DNA of 64,000 nt from an uncultured delta proteobacterium (GTDB lineage Bacteria; Desulfobacterota; Binatia; UTPRO1), in the NCBI GenBank assembly GCA_963797545.1, contig CAWCPU010000003.1, positions 203,505 to 267,504 on the forward strand, read 5' to 3'. How positions within the stretch are numbered: the stretch's first letter is position 1; each line of letters starts with the position of its first letter. Both the position numbers and the translations under genes were made by a program. Of the stretch, positions 51,045-61,590 are shown one piece after another. The notes beneath the pieces are model-generated. The model did not search any database, was not told the DNA's origin, and saw only the letters and a list, made by a program, of their open reading frames with translations.

Positions 51045-52948
51045 TCATGCCGCGCTCCGCTCTCGCGCCGCCGCGTCGAGCGGCAGGCGCACCGTGAACC
51101 GGCTTCCCGCGCCCTCCTCGCTCTCGACCTCGATCGTGCCGCCGTGGCTCTCGACGATGCCCCAGGTGATCGCGAGCCCGAGAGCCGGTGCCGTGCACGC
51201 CCTTGGTGGTGAAGAACGGCTCGAAGAGCTTGGGGAGATTCTCGCGCGCGATGCCGCGGCCGTCGTCCTCGACCGCTGAGCTCGACCACCGGTGCCGGCC
51301 CGCGGCGCTCGCGCCCTTCCCACCACGTGAAGTGGCAGCCGGTGCGCGTGCACCAGCGGATCGGCTCGTCGTCGGCGGTCTGCACCGCGAACGTCGGCGC
51401 GTCGCAGCGCTCGCAGCGTCGCCCGGGCTCGACGAGGCTCGATGCGGCAGCGCGGACAGGACGGCGGCGGCCACCAATCCCTTCGTCGCACGCGTCGCCG
51501 GAGACGTGGTTGAAGCGGCCGTAGATCGGATCGAGCCAGAACGCCGAGGCGCGCTGTGCGGTGCTCGCGCAGGACGCGGATCGCCGGCAGGCCGGCGACG
51601 CGCGTGCCGGCGTCGCGCAGATCGCACCCGTTCGGACACCTGGCGCTGCGGATGGGCTCGTGGCCGCGCGGCGCGAGCTCCGCGTGCCGGCTGACGAGAC
51701 GAATCGTCCCGCCGCGCTCGCCGACGGCGGCGGCGGCGTTGAGGAGGAGGTTGACCAGCACCTGCTGCATCTGATTCGGGTCGGCCTGCGACGGGCGGCA
51801 GGCCGTCCGCGAGATCGAGCGACGAGGGAGACGTGCCCGAGGTGGAGCTGGTTCAGCACGACCGCGGCGGCGCGGCGGGCGACGTCGTTCAGGTCGGTCG
51901 GTTGCCGGCGCGGCGGCGTCTGGCGCGCGAAGTCGAGGAGGCCGCGGACGATCTCGCGGCAGCGCTTGGTCTCGCGCACGATGACCTCGAGATCGGCGCT
52001 GCAGCTCGGCGTCGCTCGCGGGCGCGATCGAGGAGGAACGAGGCGTAGGTCAGCACCCCGGTCAGCGGATTGTTGATCTCGTGGGCCACGCCGGCCGCGA
52101 GACGGCCGACGGAGGCCAGCTTGTCCGCCTGCGCGAGCTGCCGCTGCGCGTCGGAGAGCCGCGCCGTCATCGCGTTGAACGCTCGACCGAGCTCGCCGAG
52201 CTCGTTTCGGCCGTCGCCGGAATCGTGGTCGTCAGGTCGCCGGCCGCGACGCGGCGCGTGCCGTCGATCAGCGCGTCGACCGGCCGGCTGACGAGCCGCG
52301 AGCTGAGCAGCAGAGGAGCAGAGACCGGCGACGACGACCGCGCCGATCGGCGAGCTCCGACGATCCGGCTGCGGCTCGTCGCGATCTGGCGGTCGACGTC
52401 GTCGAGAGGCACGGCGACGTCGAGGACGCCGAGCACCGTCTCGTCGGGCGCCGTGGGCGTGGCAGGCGGCGGTCGTGCACGAGGGCTGGTTCAGGATCGG
52501 GCTCACGACCGCGAGCACGCGATGGCCGGACGCCGGTGTGAAGATGCGCGCGCGCTCGTGGACCGGCGGCTTCTCGAACGGACGGTCCTGGGCGTGGCAG
52601 GCGACGCAGCTCTCGGCTTGCTTGTCGAGGCGTGGTTCCGATCTCGCTCGCATCCGAGGAGAACGACGATGCTGCCCGAGCTTGTTGAACACGCGCACGC
52701 GCTCGATCTGCGTCTGGTGGCCGATCGCCTCGATCTGACGGCTGCAGGTGGTCGCGCCGGTTCTCGAGCATGTACTCCTCGGCGCTCCGCTTGACGGTAT
52801 CGCTCAAGAGATCCGTGCTGCGGGTGAGCTGCGCGATCATCTCGCGGCGGTGCGTGCGCAACGTGACGGTCGCGAGCAAGCGCGATCCCGAGCGCCGTGA
52901 CCAGCCCGACCGCGGCGACGATCTGCAGCCCGATGCGTGTCCGCATCG
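51045..52948 (-). CDS. Sensor histidine kinase with periplasmic CxxCH heme-binding-like motif, HAMP, HisKA and HATPase domains; many frameshifts; about 120-aa Cys-rich insertion in ATP-binding domain
   Basis: [21 protein letters not shown]; periplasmic ...[13 protein letters not shown]...[10 protein letters not shown]; [18 protein letters not shown]; H-box [13 protein letters not shown]; N-box [11 protein letters not shown]; G-boxes [23 protein letters not shown]...[24 protein letters not shown]. Confidence 0.7.
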
Positions 52949-52951
52949 CGC

Positions 52952-54097
52952 TCACCTCGCGCGCCGGCGGGCGGGCTCCGGAAAGACGGGGAGGTAGCGG
53001 ACCGCGAGGGCGAACGCCGCGAACCCGAGGGCGACGAGTCCGAGCGAGACGGTGATCTCCATCCACGACGGCACGTAGCGCACGCCGGCGGCGCCCTCCA
53101 TGCCGGTGACGCTGACGTTCAGGCGGTTCATGACGAAGCCGACGACCGCGAAGAACGCCGCCACGACGAGACCGGTCGGGTTCGTCCGCAGCCGCTCGGA
53201 GAGCAGCAGGCCCACGGGAACCACGACCCCGACGATCATCTCGAGCAGAAACATGCGCGCCTCGTAGCCGGGATGCCGCAGCATCGCCACGGCGCCGTTC
53301 TGCGAGATCACGATGACGCGCAGGAGGCCGTAGATCCCGAGCGTGACGACCATGCCGCGCGCCAGCGGCTCGAGCAGGTCGAGCTCCAGATGGCGGCCGA
53401 ACGCGCGCTTCCCGAGGTACGACTCGAGGATGACCATGCCGATGCCGGCGCCGATCGCCGACACCAGGAAGAGGTAGGGAAGGAGCGGCGTGTACCAGAG
53501 CGGGTGCAGCTTCGAGGGTACGATCAAGTAGAGCGAGCCGAGCGAGGACTGGTGCAGGGTCGAGAGGATCACGCCGGTGATCACGAGCGGGGTGGTGAGC
53601 GCGTGCAGGATGCGTCGCGGCCGCTGGAGGCGCAGGTGCTCGAACACGACCGGCGAGAACTCGAGTGCGAGGACGGTGGTGTAGAGCATCACGCACCACG
53701 CCACCTCGAACATGACGGAGTGCGGATTCCAGAACACCAGCGCATGCCAGATCCGCCACGGCTGGCCGAGGTCGAAGAAGAGACCGGCGATCACGAGAAG
53801 ATACCCGAGCAGGCCGGTGAGGACCGTCGGACGGACGATCGGCTCGAAGCGGCGCAGGTTGAAGATGTGGACGATCGCGGTGAGCGTGAACGCGCCGGCT
53901 GCGAGCCCGACGCCGCAGAGCACGTCGAAGCCGATCCACAGCCCCCACGGAAACCGGTCGCTGAGGTTGGTGACCGCGCCCAGGCCGCGCGAGAAGCGCA
54001 GCACGGTGACGCCCGCGAACAGCACGAGGACGACGGCGAACACCGCCTGCCAGAACCCGACGCGACGCGCGGCCGCACGCACGGCGACGGTGGTCAT
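52952..54097 (-). CDS. NrfD/PsrC-family polytopic membrane quinol-interacting subunit
   Basis: MTTVAVRAAARRVGFWQAVFAVVLVLFAGVTVLRFSRGLG... 8-10 TM, NrfD-like; ATGA overlap with upstream Fe-S subunit. Confidence 0.8.
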   Translation of the reverse strand: MTTVAVRAAARRVGFWQAVFAVVLVLFAGVTVLRFSRGLGAVTNLSDRFPWGLWIGFDVLCGVGLAAGAFTLTAIVHIFNLRRFEPIVRPTVLTGLLGYLLVIAGLFFDLGQPWRIWHALVFWNPHSVMFEVAWCVMLYTTVLALEFSPVVFEHLRLQRPRRILHALTTPLVITGVILSTLHQSSLGSLYLIVPSKLHPLWYTPLLPYLFLVSAIGAGIGMVILESYLGKRAFGRHLELDLLEPLARGMVVTLGIYGLLRVIVISQNGAVAMLRHPGYEARMFLLEMIVGVVVPVGLLLSERLRTNPTGLVVAAFFAVVGFVMNRLNVSVTGMEGAAGVRYVPSWMEITVSLGLVALGFAAFALAVRYLPVFPEPARRRAR

Positions 54098-54840
54098 CGG
54101 TCCTCGCTGCGTTTCCGGGTCTCGTGCTCCCGGACCTCGTCGCGTCGCTTGGTGATCCAGTGGATGCCGAACAGGCATGCCCCCCACACGCCGACGAACG
54201 AGGGGATCTTCGACAGCACGTGCCAGGTGAGGAGGGGCAGGGGCTGGCGGGGCACGTCGGTGTTCATCCCGAGCTGCTCGAACGGCACTGCCGACAGCAT
54301 CAGCACCGACGTGCCGCCGGCTTCGTTGACGCCGTAGACGTGATCGACGTAGCCGTCCGGGTTCTTCGCGATCCGGTGGCGCGCCTCGCGGAGCAGCATG
54401 TCGCGCTCGCCGAAGAGGGTCGCGCCGGTGGGACAGACGGCGGCGCACGCCGGCGACTTCCCGTCGGCGACGCGCCCGGCGCACAGAATGCACTTGCCGA
54501 CGATCGGCACGGCGCGGTCCCACTGATACTTCGGCACGCCGAAGGGGCACGCCATGATGCAGTAGCGGCACCCGATGCAGCGCTCGGCGTCGTACACCAC
54601 GGGCCCGGCGGGCGTCTTCTGGAGCGCCGCGACCGGGCACACCGAGGCGCACGTCGGCTCGGCGCAGTGGAAGCACAGGCGGCGCACGTGCGCTCCGCCG
54701 ACGTCCTCGACGACGGTCCAGGTGTACGCGCTGGTGTGGTCCTCGATCGGCAGCGGCAAGCCGTTCGCTTCTTTGCAGGCGGCGCTGCACGCGCCGCAGC
54801 CGATGCAGCGCGTGGAATCGAAGAGCAGGCCGACGCTCAT
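54094..54840 (-). CDS. 4Fe-4S ferredoxin-type iron-sulfur subunit (NrfC/HybA/PsrB-like, four-cluster)
   Basis: CIGCGACSAAC, CFHCAEPTCASVCP, CIGCRYCIMACP, CILCAGR...CAAVCP; C-terminal TM anchor; ATGA overlap with cytochrome gene. Confidence 0.8.
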   Translation of the reverse strand: MSVGLLFDSTRCIGCGACSAACKEANGLPLPIEDHTSAYTWTVVEDVGGAHVRRLCFHCAEPTCASVCPVAALQKTPAGPVVYDAERCIGCRYCIMACPFGVPKYQWDRAVPIVGKCILCAGRVADGKSPACAAVCPTGATLFGERDMLLREARHRIAKNPDGYVDHVYGVNEAGGTSVLMLSAVPFEQLGMNTDVPRQPLPLLTWHVLSKIPSFVGVWGACLFGIHWITKRRDEVREHETRKRSEDR

Positions 54841-55202
54841 GAGCCGTCTCCCATCCGATGGCAATGCGCGCAGTCGTCCTTCACGCCGACCGCTCTGGTC
54901 CCGTCGTGACACGCGCCGCACTTGCGCCCCGCCTCCATCTCGTCGTGCGTGATGCGCGTCGTCGGTCCGAGGATCGAGAACAGGGCCGGGTGACACGAAA
55001 TGCAGCGGGAGTCGGCGAGCGGAACGTGGGTCGTGTGGCTGAAGACGACGGGTCCCGGCGACGCCTCGCTCCGCCCGTAGGTCACGTCGGGCGGCAGGCG
55101 GAGGGGCGGCGACGGCGCGTCGGCGGCGAACACGCTCGGTCCGCACAGGGTCGCGACGAGGAGAACGATCCCTGGAACGATATGGATGCCTGACGCTCGC
55201 AC
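54837..55202 (-). CDS. Small periplasmic triheme c-type cytochrome (c7/c3-like)
   Basis: GTG start giving signal MRASGIHIVPGIVLLVATLCGPSVFA; CISCH, CGACH, CAHCH heme motifs. Confidence 0.65.
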   Translation of the reverse strand: MRASGIHIVPGIVLLVATLCGPSVFAADAPSPPLRLPPDVTYGRSEASPGPVVFSHTTHVPLADSRCISCHPALFSILGPTTRITHDEMEAGRKCGACHDGTRAVGVKDDCAHCHRMGDGS

Positions 55203-55980
55203 CGTCGCTTCACCACGTGCACATGGCAAGGAAGCAACGCCTGTGCCGCGCGCCGCCGTCGCGCCGTGGCCGCCGGTACGGCGGCGCCGGGCGCAGGTTC
55301 CCATTTCGAGCACCGCGGATTCGCATTTTCGCGAACCCGCGCCGATTGTCCGAGCCATCCCCCGTCGCCGGTCGGTGCCTCGTGCGTTCGCCGTTCATTC
55401 GCTACGGGCCGCATCGACGTTTCCGGGGCGCGTCGCGGATCGCAGATGCACACGATCGACGCCGTATCATCTCGCACTTGTCCCGCGACCGGGCCGTCGC
55501 CGACGCTCGAGGCGGCTGCGGCGGCACGGTCGGCCCGATCGGCGCCTGAGGGCGACACGTCGACCGACGGATCGCCGGCGACAACGGTTTCATCGGCGAA
55601 AACCCGGGGACCCGCGGCGCGCCGCTCGCGCCCGACTGCGCCGTGGTCTTCGCCCGCATTTCCGACCACGAGACGAGTGCCGCCAGCCGCGTGCCTCCCT
55701 CGTGGCCACGTCCCCGCAGCCCGGCTCGCGCGGCGGGCGGCGCGACGAGTTGCGCAAGCGCCAGTCGGATAATAGAGGTGCCGGCGCGATGAGAGTTTCG
55801 ACCGTTCGACTACCCGACGCGCTCGTCGCCGACAGCGACGTTCCGTCGGGCCCGCGACGCGCTCCCCTGCCGTCGACGACGGACGACGATTTCCGGATTC
55901 AGCGGCGGCACGGCCGGCACGTCGTTCCCGGCACGACGTCCTGATCGAGCGGCACGCGACCGGCTACGACACGACGATCC

Positions 55981-57486
55981 ATGCAGCTGCCTTCGTCCGC
56001 GAACAATCGCCTCTCGATCGTCGGCGCGACGATCGCCGTGATCGCGCTCATCGTGTTCGGGTTCCTGCTCGTCCTGCACACGTTCATGGGCGCGCAGCAG
56101 TCGCCGTATGCCGGGCTGCTGATGTTCACGGTGGTGCCGGCCTTCCTGCTGTTCGGTGCGACGCTGGTCCCGCTCGGCATGTGGCTCGAGCGCCGGCGCG
56201 TCCGCCGCACCGGGATACACTCGCTGCCGCGGTGGCCCGTGATCGACCTGAACGACCCGCGCTATCGCAACGCCACCATCATCTTCACCGGCGCCGCGCT
56301 GCTGCTGCTGTTTCTCTCGGTGTTCGGCAGCTTCCAGGCGTACGAGGCGACCGAGTCCGTCGCGTTCTGCGGCCTGACGTGCCACTCGGTCATGGCCCCC
56401 GAGCACACGACCTACCAGAACTCGCCGCACGCGCGCGTCCGCTGCGTCGACTGCCACGTCGGGCCGGGCGCCGACTGGTACGTGAAGTCGAAGCTGTCGG
56501 GCTCGTACCAGGTGTACTCGGTGCTCTTCCACAAGTACCCGCAGCCGATCCCCGCCCCGATCCACAGCCTGCGGCCGGCGCAGGAGACCTGCGAGCGCTG
56601 TCACTGGCCGGAGCAGTTCTTCGGCGGCAAGGAGAAGACCAACGTCCACTTCCTGCCCGACGAGAAGAACACCCGCTGGACCGTCAAGCTCCTCGTCAAG
56701 ATCGGCGGCGGCAATCCCACCACCGGACAGACGGAGGGCATCCACTGGCACATGAACATCGGCAGCAAGGTGGAGTACATCGCCACCGACGCGGCCCGCC
56801 AGCAGATCCCGTGGGTGCAGATGACCGATCTGACGACCGGCAAGGTGACGGAGTACATGTCGACGAGCAGCCCGCTCACCAAGGAAGAGATCGCCGCCGC
56901 CGAGCACCGCCGGATGGATTGCATGGACTGCCACAATCGGCCGTCGCACAAGTTCCGCTCGCCGGCCTACGCCATGAACATCGCCATGAACGATCGGCGC
57001 ATCGACACGTCGCTGCCGTTCATCAAGCGCACCGGCGTCGAGCTGCTGTCGCAGCAGTACGAGTCGCGCGACGCGGCGCTGCTGGCGATCTCGCAGGGCA
57101 TCCAGAGGTTCTACCGGGACACCTACCCGGAGGTGGCGAAGAAGGACGCCGACCGTCTGGCCGCCGCCACGGCCGAGATCCAGGCGATCTACGGGCGCAA
57201 CATCTTCCCGTACATGAAGGCGCGCTGGGACGTGTACCCCGACAACGTCGGCCACATGATCTTTCCCGGCTGCTACCGCTGTCACGACGGCGAGCACCGC
57301 TCCGCCGACGGCAAGGTCATCACCCGGGAGTGCACCGCCTGCCACACCATCCTGACGCAAGGCGCGGACGGCGGCGTCCAGTACTCCGCCAACCCCGAGG
57401 GTCTCGAGTTCAAGCACCCGGAGGACATCGGCGAGGCATGGCGGGAGATGCCGTGCAGCTCCTGCCACACCGGCGGCGCGCCGTAG
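55981..57486 (+). CDS. Membrane-anchored multiheme c-type cytochrome (7 CxxCH motifs), intact
   Basis: Two N-terminal TM helices; CGLTCH, CVDCH, CERCH, CMDCH, CYRCH, CTACH, CSSCH. Confidence 0.85.
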   Translation: MQLPSSANNRLSIVGATIAVIALIVFGFLLVLHTFMGAQQSPYAGLLMFTVVPAFLLFGATLVPLGMWLERRRVRRTGIHSLPRWPVIDLNDPRYRNATIIFTGAALLLLFLSVFGSFQAYEATESVAFCGLTCHSVMAPEHTTYQNSPHARVRCVDCHVGPGADWYVKSKLSGSYQVYSVLFHKYPQPIPAPIHSLRPAQETCERCHWPEQFFGGKEKTNVHFLPDEKNTRWTVKLLVKIGGGNPTTGQTEGIHWHMNIGSKVEYIATDAARQQIPWVQMTDLTTGKVTEYMSTSSPLTKEEIAAAEHRRMDCMDCHNRPSHKFRSPAYAMNIAMNDRRIDTSLPFIKRTGVELLSQQYESRDAALLAISQGIQRFYRDTYPEVAKKDADRLAAATAEIQAIYGRNIFPYMKARWDVYPDNVGHMIFPGCYRCHDGEHRSADGKVITRECTACHTILTQGADGGVQYSANPEGLEFKHPEDIGEAWREMPCSSCHTGGAP

Positions 57487-57506
57487 GGCTCCGGTAGCGG
57501 ACGCCG

Positions 57507-58422
57507 CTACTTCTCGAGCTCCTCGCGGATCGAGTACATCTTCTGGCGCGCCTCGGTGATGTACGCGTCGAGGTTGCGGCGGTGGTTCGCGAAGATCCCG
57601 GCGGGTCTGCCGTCGAGGACGACGAGCGGCTTCAGCGCGCGCCGCCGCGGCCAGCGAGCGCGCCACCTCCTCGAAGAGCTGCGCCAGGATCGGGCGGTCG
57701 CCGATCGAGACGGCGTACTCGCGCTCGAGCGCGCGCATGCCGTGCGCCATCACGTGGGCGTAGCCCTGCGCGTGATAGAAGAGGTCGTCGCTCTCCCAGG
57801 GACGAATCGGCCGCTCCGTCGTGCTCGCGCGGTAGAGATTCGCGTGCGCGTCGCCGAGGAGATCGCTCCACGCTTGGAAGAGCCGCAGGAGCTCCATGTG
57901 GCGCGTGTTGAGCGGCTTCGAGGTGCCGATCGCCGGATCGAGCCCGGCGACGTAGGCGCGGAGCTCGCGGACGCCCGTCCGATACCGGCTCTCCGCCGAC
58001 GGCAGCCAGAGGCGGAAGGCGTCGTTCCGGAACATGGTGTCGGCCTCGACGAGGTGCGGGTCGTATTGATCGCTCGACACCTTCGTGAGGTGGTCCTTCA
58101 TCACCCGCACGGTCTCGCGCACCGCCTGGAGGATCCCGAGCTGGCGATTGGCGTTGTTGTCCGCCCACAGCGTCGGCCCCCAGAGGATGAAGTCGTTCGG
58201 GCGCCAGCCGAAGCCGTCCGTCAGCTCGTGATCCATGACGGCGGCGATCGTGGTCGCGAGCACGGTGCCCGGCGGCGCGGGCTGGCCGGCGGGAAACGCC
58301 GTCGCGACGTCGAACGGCAGCCGATCGTGTCGGATCTGTCCGACGTGCAGCGCGACGATCGCCGCCAGCCAGACGACGACGACCGACGTCCACGTCCACC
58401 GGCTCACGATCACGCGTCGCAT
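57507..58422 (-). CDS. Conserved hypothetical N-terminally membrane-anchored protein (possibly DUF2333-like), C-terminal frameshift
   Basis: MRRVIVSRWTWTSVVVVWLAAIVAL... then periplasm-like domain; end ...YITEARQKMYSIREELEK reached only after a frame change near 57630. Confidence 0.55.
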
Positions 58423-58474
58423 GGCGCCGGTCTCCTGCTCGGGGACGATCGAAGGCTGAGTTGCATCGTGGACC

Positions 58475-61400
58475 TCACGGGCGAATGAAGCGTTGATAGA
58501 TCTTCGGCAGCTCGCGCGGCAGCGAGGTGATGTCGCCGATCACGAGGTAGCGCGAGGCATCGCAGATCTCCTTCAGGTAGTCGTGACCGGCCTTGTCGAC
58601 GGTGATGCAGAACGGGGTCACGCCGGCGCGGCTCGCCTCCTGGAACGCCATCATCGTGTCCTGGATGCCGTAGGCGTTCGAGCGCCGGTCCTCGCCGTAG
58701 TCGAGGTCCTGCGGGAAGCCGTCGGAGAGCAGGATGATGTGCCGCGAGCGCGCCGCGACCCCGCGCATCTTCGTCACCGCGTGGCGCAGCGCCGCGCCCA
58801 TGCGCGTCGATCGCTTCGGCTCGATCGCGCCGACGCGGCCCTTCGCGGCGCCCGTCAGCGGCTCGTGGAAGTGCTTCACCAGATAGAACTCGACCTCGTG
58901 CCGGCCGTGGCCCGAGAAGCCGTAGATGCCGTAGGTGTCGCCGATCTCCTCGAGGGCCTCCGACATCACCACCAGCGCCTCCTTCGTGACGTCGATGATG
59001 CGGCGGCCCGGCTCCGTGCCCGGTACGGGCTCGTCGGTCGACGCGCTCATGTCGACCAGGAAGAGCGTCGCGACGTCGCGCTCGTCGCGTTGCCGCGACT
59101 GGTAGAGCTTCGGCGACGGGGCATGACCGGACCGGCGGTCGGCGCGTGCCGTGATCACCGCGTTCAGATCGAAGTCCTCGCCGTCCTCGAGGCCGTGGAC
59201 GATCCGGTACAGCTCGGGCGGAATCCGCTGGAATTGCCGGCGCACCTCGGGAAGCAGGTCGGCGTGCCGGGCGAGCGTCTGGTGAAAGAAGTCGCCGGTG
59301 TCGCTCTCGACCGGCAGCTCGATGACCCGGCACCAGGCGCTGCGGTAGTCGCCGATCCGATGGTCCCACTCGTCGTAGAAGAACTCGCTCGCGCCGTCCG
59401 GCTGCTCCCGGCGCGCGAGCCGTCCCGCCTGGCTCTGCCGCAGGAGGCCGTGCAGCTCGGCCATGCGCTCGCGCGGCAGCTTGCCGCGGAGATCCGACAC
59501 GTAGAGCCCGAGGGCGTCGAGGTCCTCGCCCGTCTGCTGGCGAATCGCGACGTCGGCGCCTTGCTCGAGGAGGCGCAGCAGCTCGGCCGGATCGACGGGG
59601 ATCCCGCGCGACGGCGTGCCGCGCTCGGGCGCGAGGTCGAGCGGGAACGCGGTCGGTTGCGATCGGCGGCGGCGTCCGGCCGTCGTCGTCGTCGCCCGCG
59701 GGGCCGTCCTCGCCGCCCAAGCCCGCGGCGCCGCCGTCGAGATCGAAGAACGCGTCGTCGAGCTCGCCGGCGAGCTGCTCGTCGTAGCGATCCGGCACGA
59801 GCGCGAGCCGGGCGTCCGCGGCGCCGCGCATGAGCTCCGCGTAGACCAGCCGCGTCGCCGCCGCGCTGTCGGCGACCGAGGCCGTGGGCGACGCCAGACG
59901 CTCCGCGAGTCGCTCGATCTCGGCGCGCAGGTCGGCGCGGCCGGTGCGCGTCAGGACGGCGGCGAGATGCTCGATCGTGCCGAGCACGTGGGTGTCGTGG
60001 CGGGCGAGGTCGGCGGCCGTGGCGCGGAGGTCGGCGGCGAGGCCGCGATACGCGCGCGCGATCGCGCCGTCGATCCGCGTGCTCTCGAACGCGCTGAAGA
60101 GCCGCTCGGCGATGTCGCGGTGGTCGAAGCTCGCGAGGAACTCCGGCAGCGGCGGCGTCAGCGCGGCGGTGCCGAACTCGAGCCGCCCGGCGTACTGCGC
60201 CGCCATCAAGCGGTAGAGGCGCAGGTTCGCTTCCGTCGTCGCGAAGAGATCGACGTGCGGCGGGAAGGCCGCCTCGAGCGCCACGGCCTCGCCTCGCGGC
60301 GGGTCGATCGTCGCGCCGTCCGCCGTCCACTCCCCGGTTTCGACGAACGGCGGACGGAACCCGACGTCGCCACGCTGGCCGACGCGCCACGTGCGGCCGC
60401 TCACCATCGCGAGATAGCGCTTGAGGAGTCCCTCCACCTCGGGAAACGCGACCGACGTCGATCCCGCGGCGAGCACGGCGCGGCTCGTCCGCGACTCGAG
60501 CGTGAAGTAGGCGACGCCGGCGTCGGCGTTCTCGGCCGCGACCGCCAGTCCCTCGGCGATCCAGCGCTCGATCGCGTCGACGCCGGCGCGCTCGCGGACG
60601 CGCGGCAGCACCCGGTAGAACGGCACCACGCCGGCAGGGAACGCGTCGGCGACCAGACCCGCGAGCCGGATCGCGTCGGTCCGGACCGCGGGCGGCGTCT
60701 CCTCGAGGATCGCGCGCAAGACCGGCAGCAGATCGCCGAGGGCGGCCGGCGCCGCGCGCGTCACCGGCGCGAGGGTGGCGATGATCGCCGCGCGGTCGGC
60801 CGTCGCCTGGAGCGCCGCCGGCGCCGTGAAGTAGAGCTCGAGCGCGATCGCGGGCGCGCGCTCCGCCGCCGTGACGGCGAGCTCGAGGACGGCGCCGCGC
60901 TCGGCCTCGGCGAGCGTGTGCAGGGCGGCGGGCACGCTGGTGAAGAACTCCGAGCGGCCGGTCGAGAGCCGCTCCGCGGTCGCCGCGAGATCGGCCCAGC
61001 GCGGGTAGTCGGCGGGAGAGAAGAGCGGCGCGGCGAGGCTCGTCGCCTCGAAGAAGCGCAGGGCGAGGAGCTCCGACTCCCAATCGCCGGCGGCGGCGAT
61101 GCCGAGGCCGACCTCGACCCACGCCGCGAGCCGCGCGCGCCGGTCGTCGAGCTCCGCGAGGATGGCGCCGCTCTCCGCGACGAACACCTCGCCGAGCCGC
61201 CGCGAGGCGGCGAGGACGCCCGTCGCGAGCGCGTGCCAGGCGTCGAGCTCGGCGTCGTCGACCGCCGCGAGCGCCGCGGGCGCGAGCGCGAAGTACGCGG
61301 AGGCGGCGTCGCGCGAATCGGCTTCCCCGGTCGCGAGCGCCTCGCCGCGCGCGACCCAGCGCTCGAACCAGTCGGCGCCGATCCTCCACGCGGCCGGCGC

Positions 61401-61571
61401 GCGACGGCAATACTGCTGCGCCAACGTCAGCGACACCCCGGCGAGCCGGTCGCCGATCTCCAAGACGTGCTTGCGCGCGCCGCCGTCGAGCGCCCCGAGG
61501 TCGGCGAGGAGCGACGGCGCGCCGGCGGTCAGGTGGCGGCTGTCGAACCACAGGGCGCGCAGGCGACTCAT
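58475..61571 (-). CDS. Large (about 1030 aa) VWA-domain protein, NorD/CbbO/CoxE-like partner of the CbbQ-type ATPase; one frameshift near 59600
   Basis: C-terminal VWA: ATLFLVDMSASTDE (MIDAS DxSxS), ...IILLSDGFPQDLDYGEDRRSNAYGIQDT...; Ala-rich helical N-terminal 640 aa in another frame. Confidence 0.7.
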
Positions 61572-61590
61572 GTGGAGCCCGCGGCGCGGC

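Noticed and set aside
55186-55944. 252-aa ORF in the 620-bp divergent intergenic region between the cytochrome operons
   Set aside because: Arg-rich, no start context or motifs; region more plausibly holds divergent promoters and regulator sites.
57494-57510. Hairpin gtagcgg-acg-ccgctac considered as terminator for the heptaheme cytochrome gene
   Set aside because: Short 7-bp stem, weak T tract, and it overlaps the stop codon (57507-57509) of the convergent minus-strand gene.
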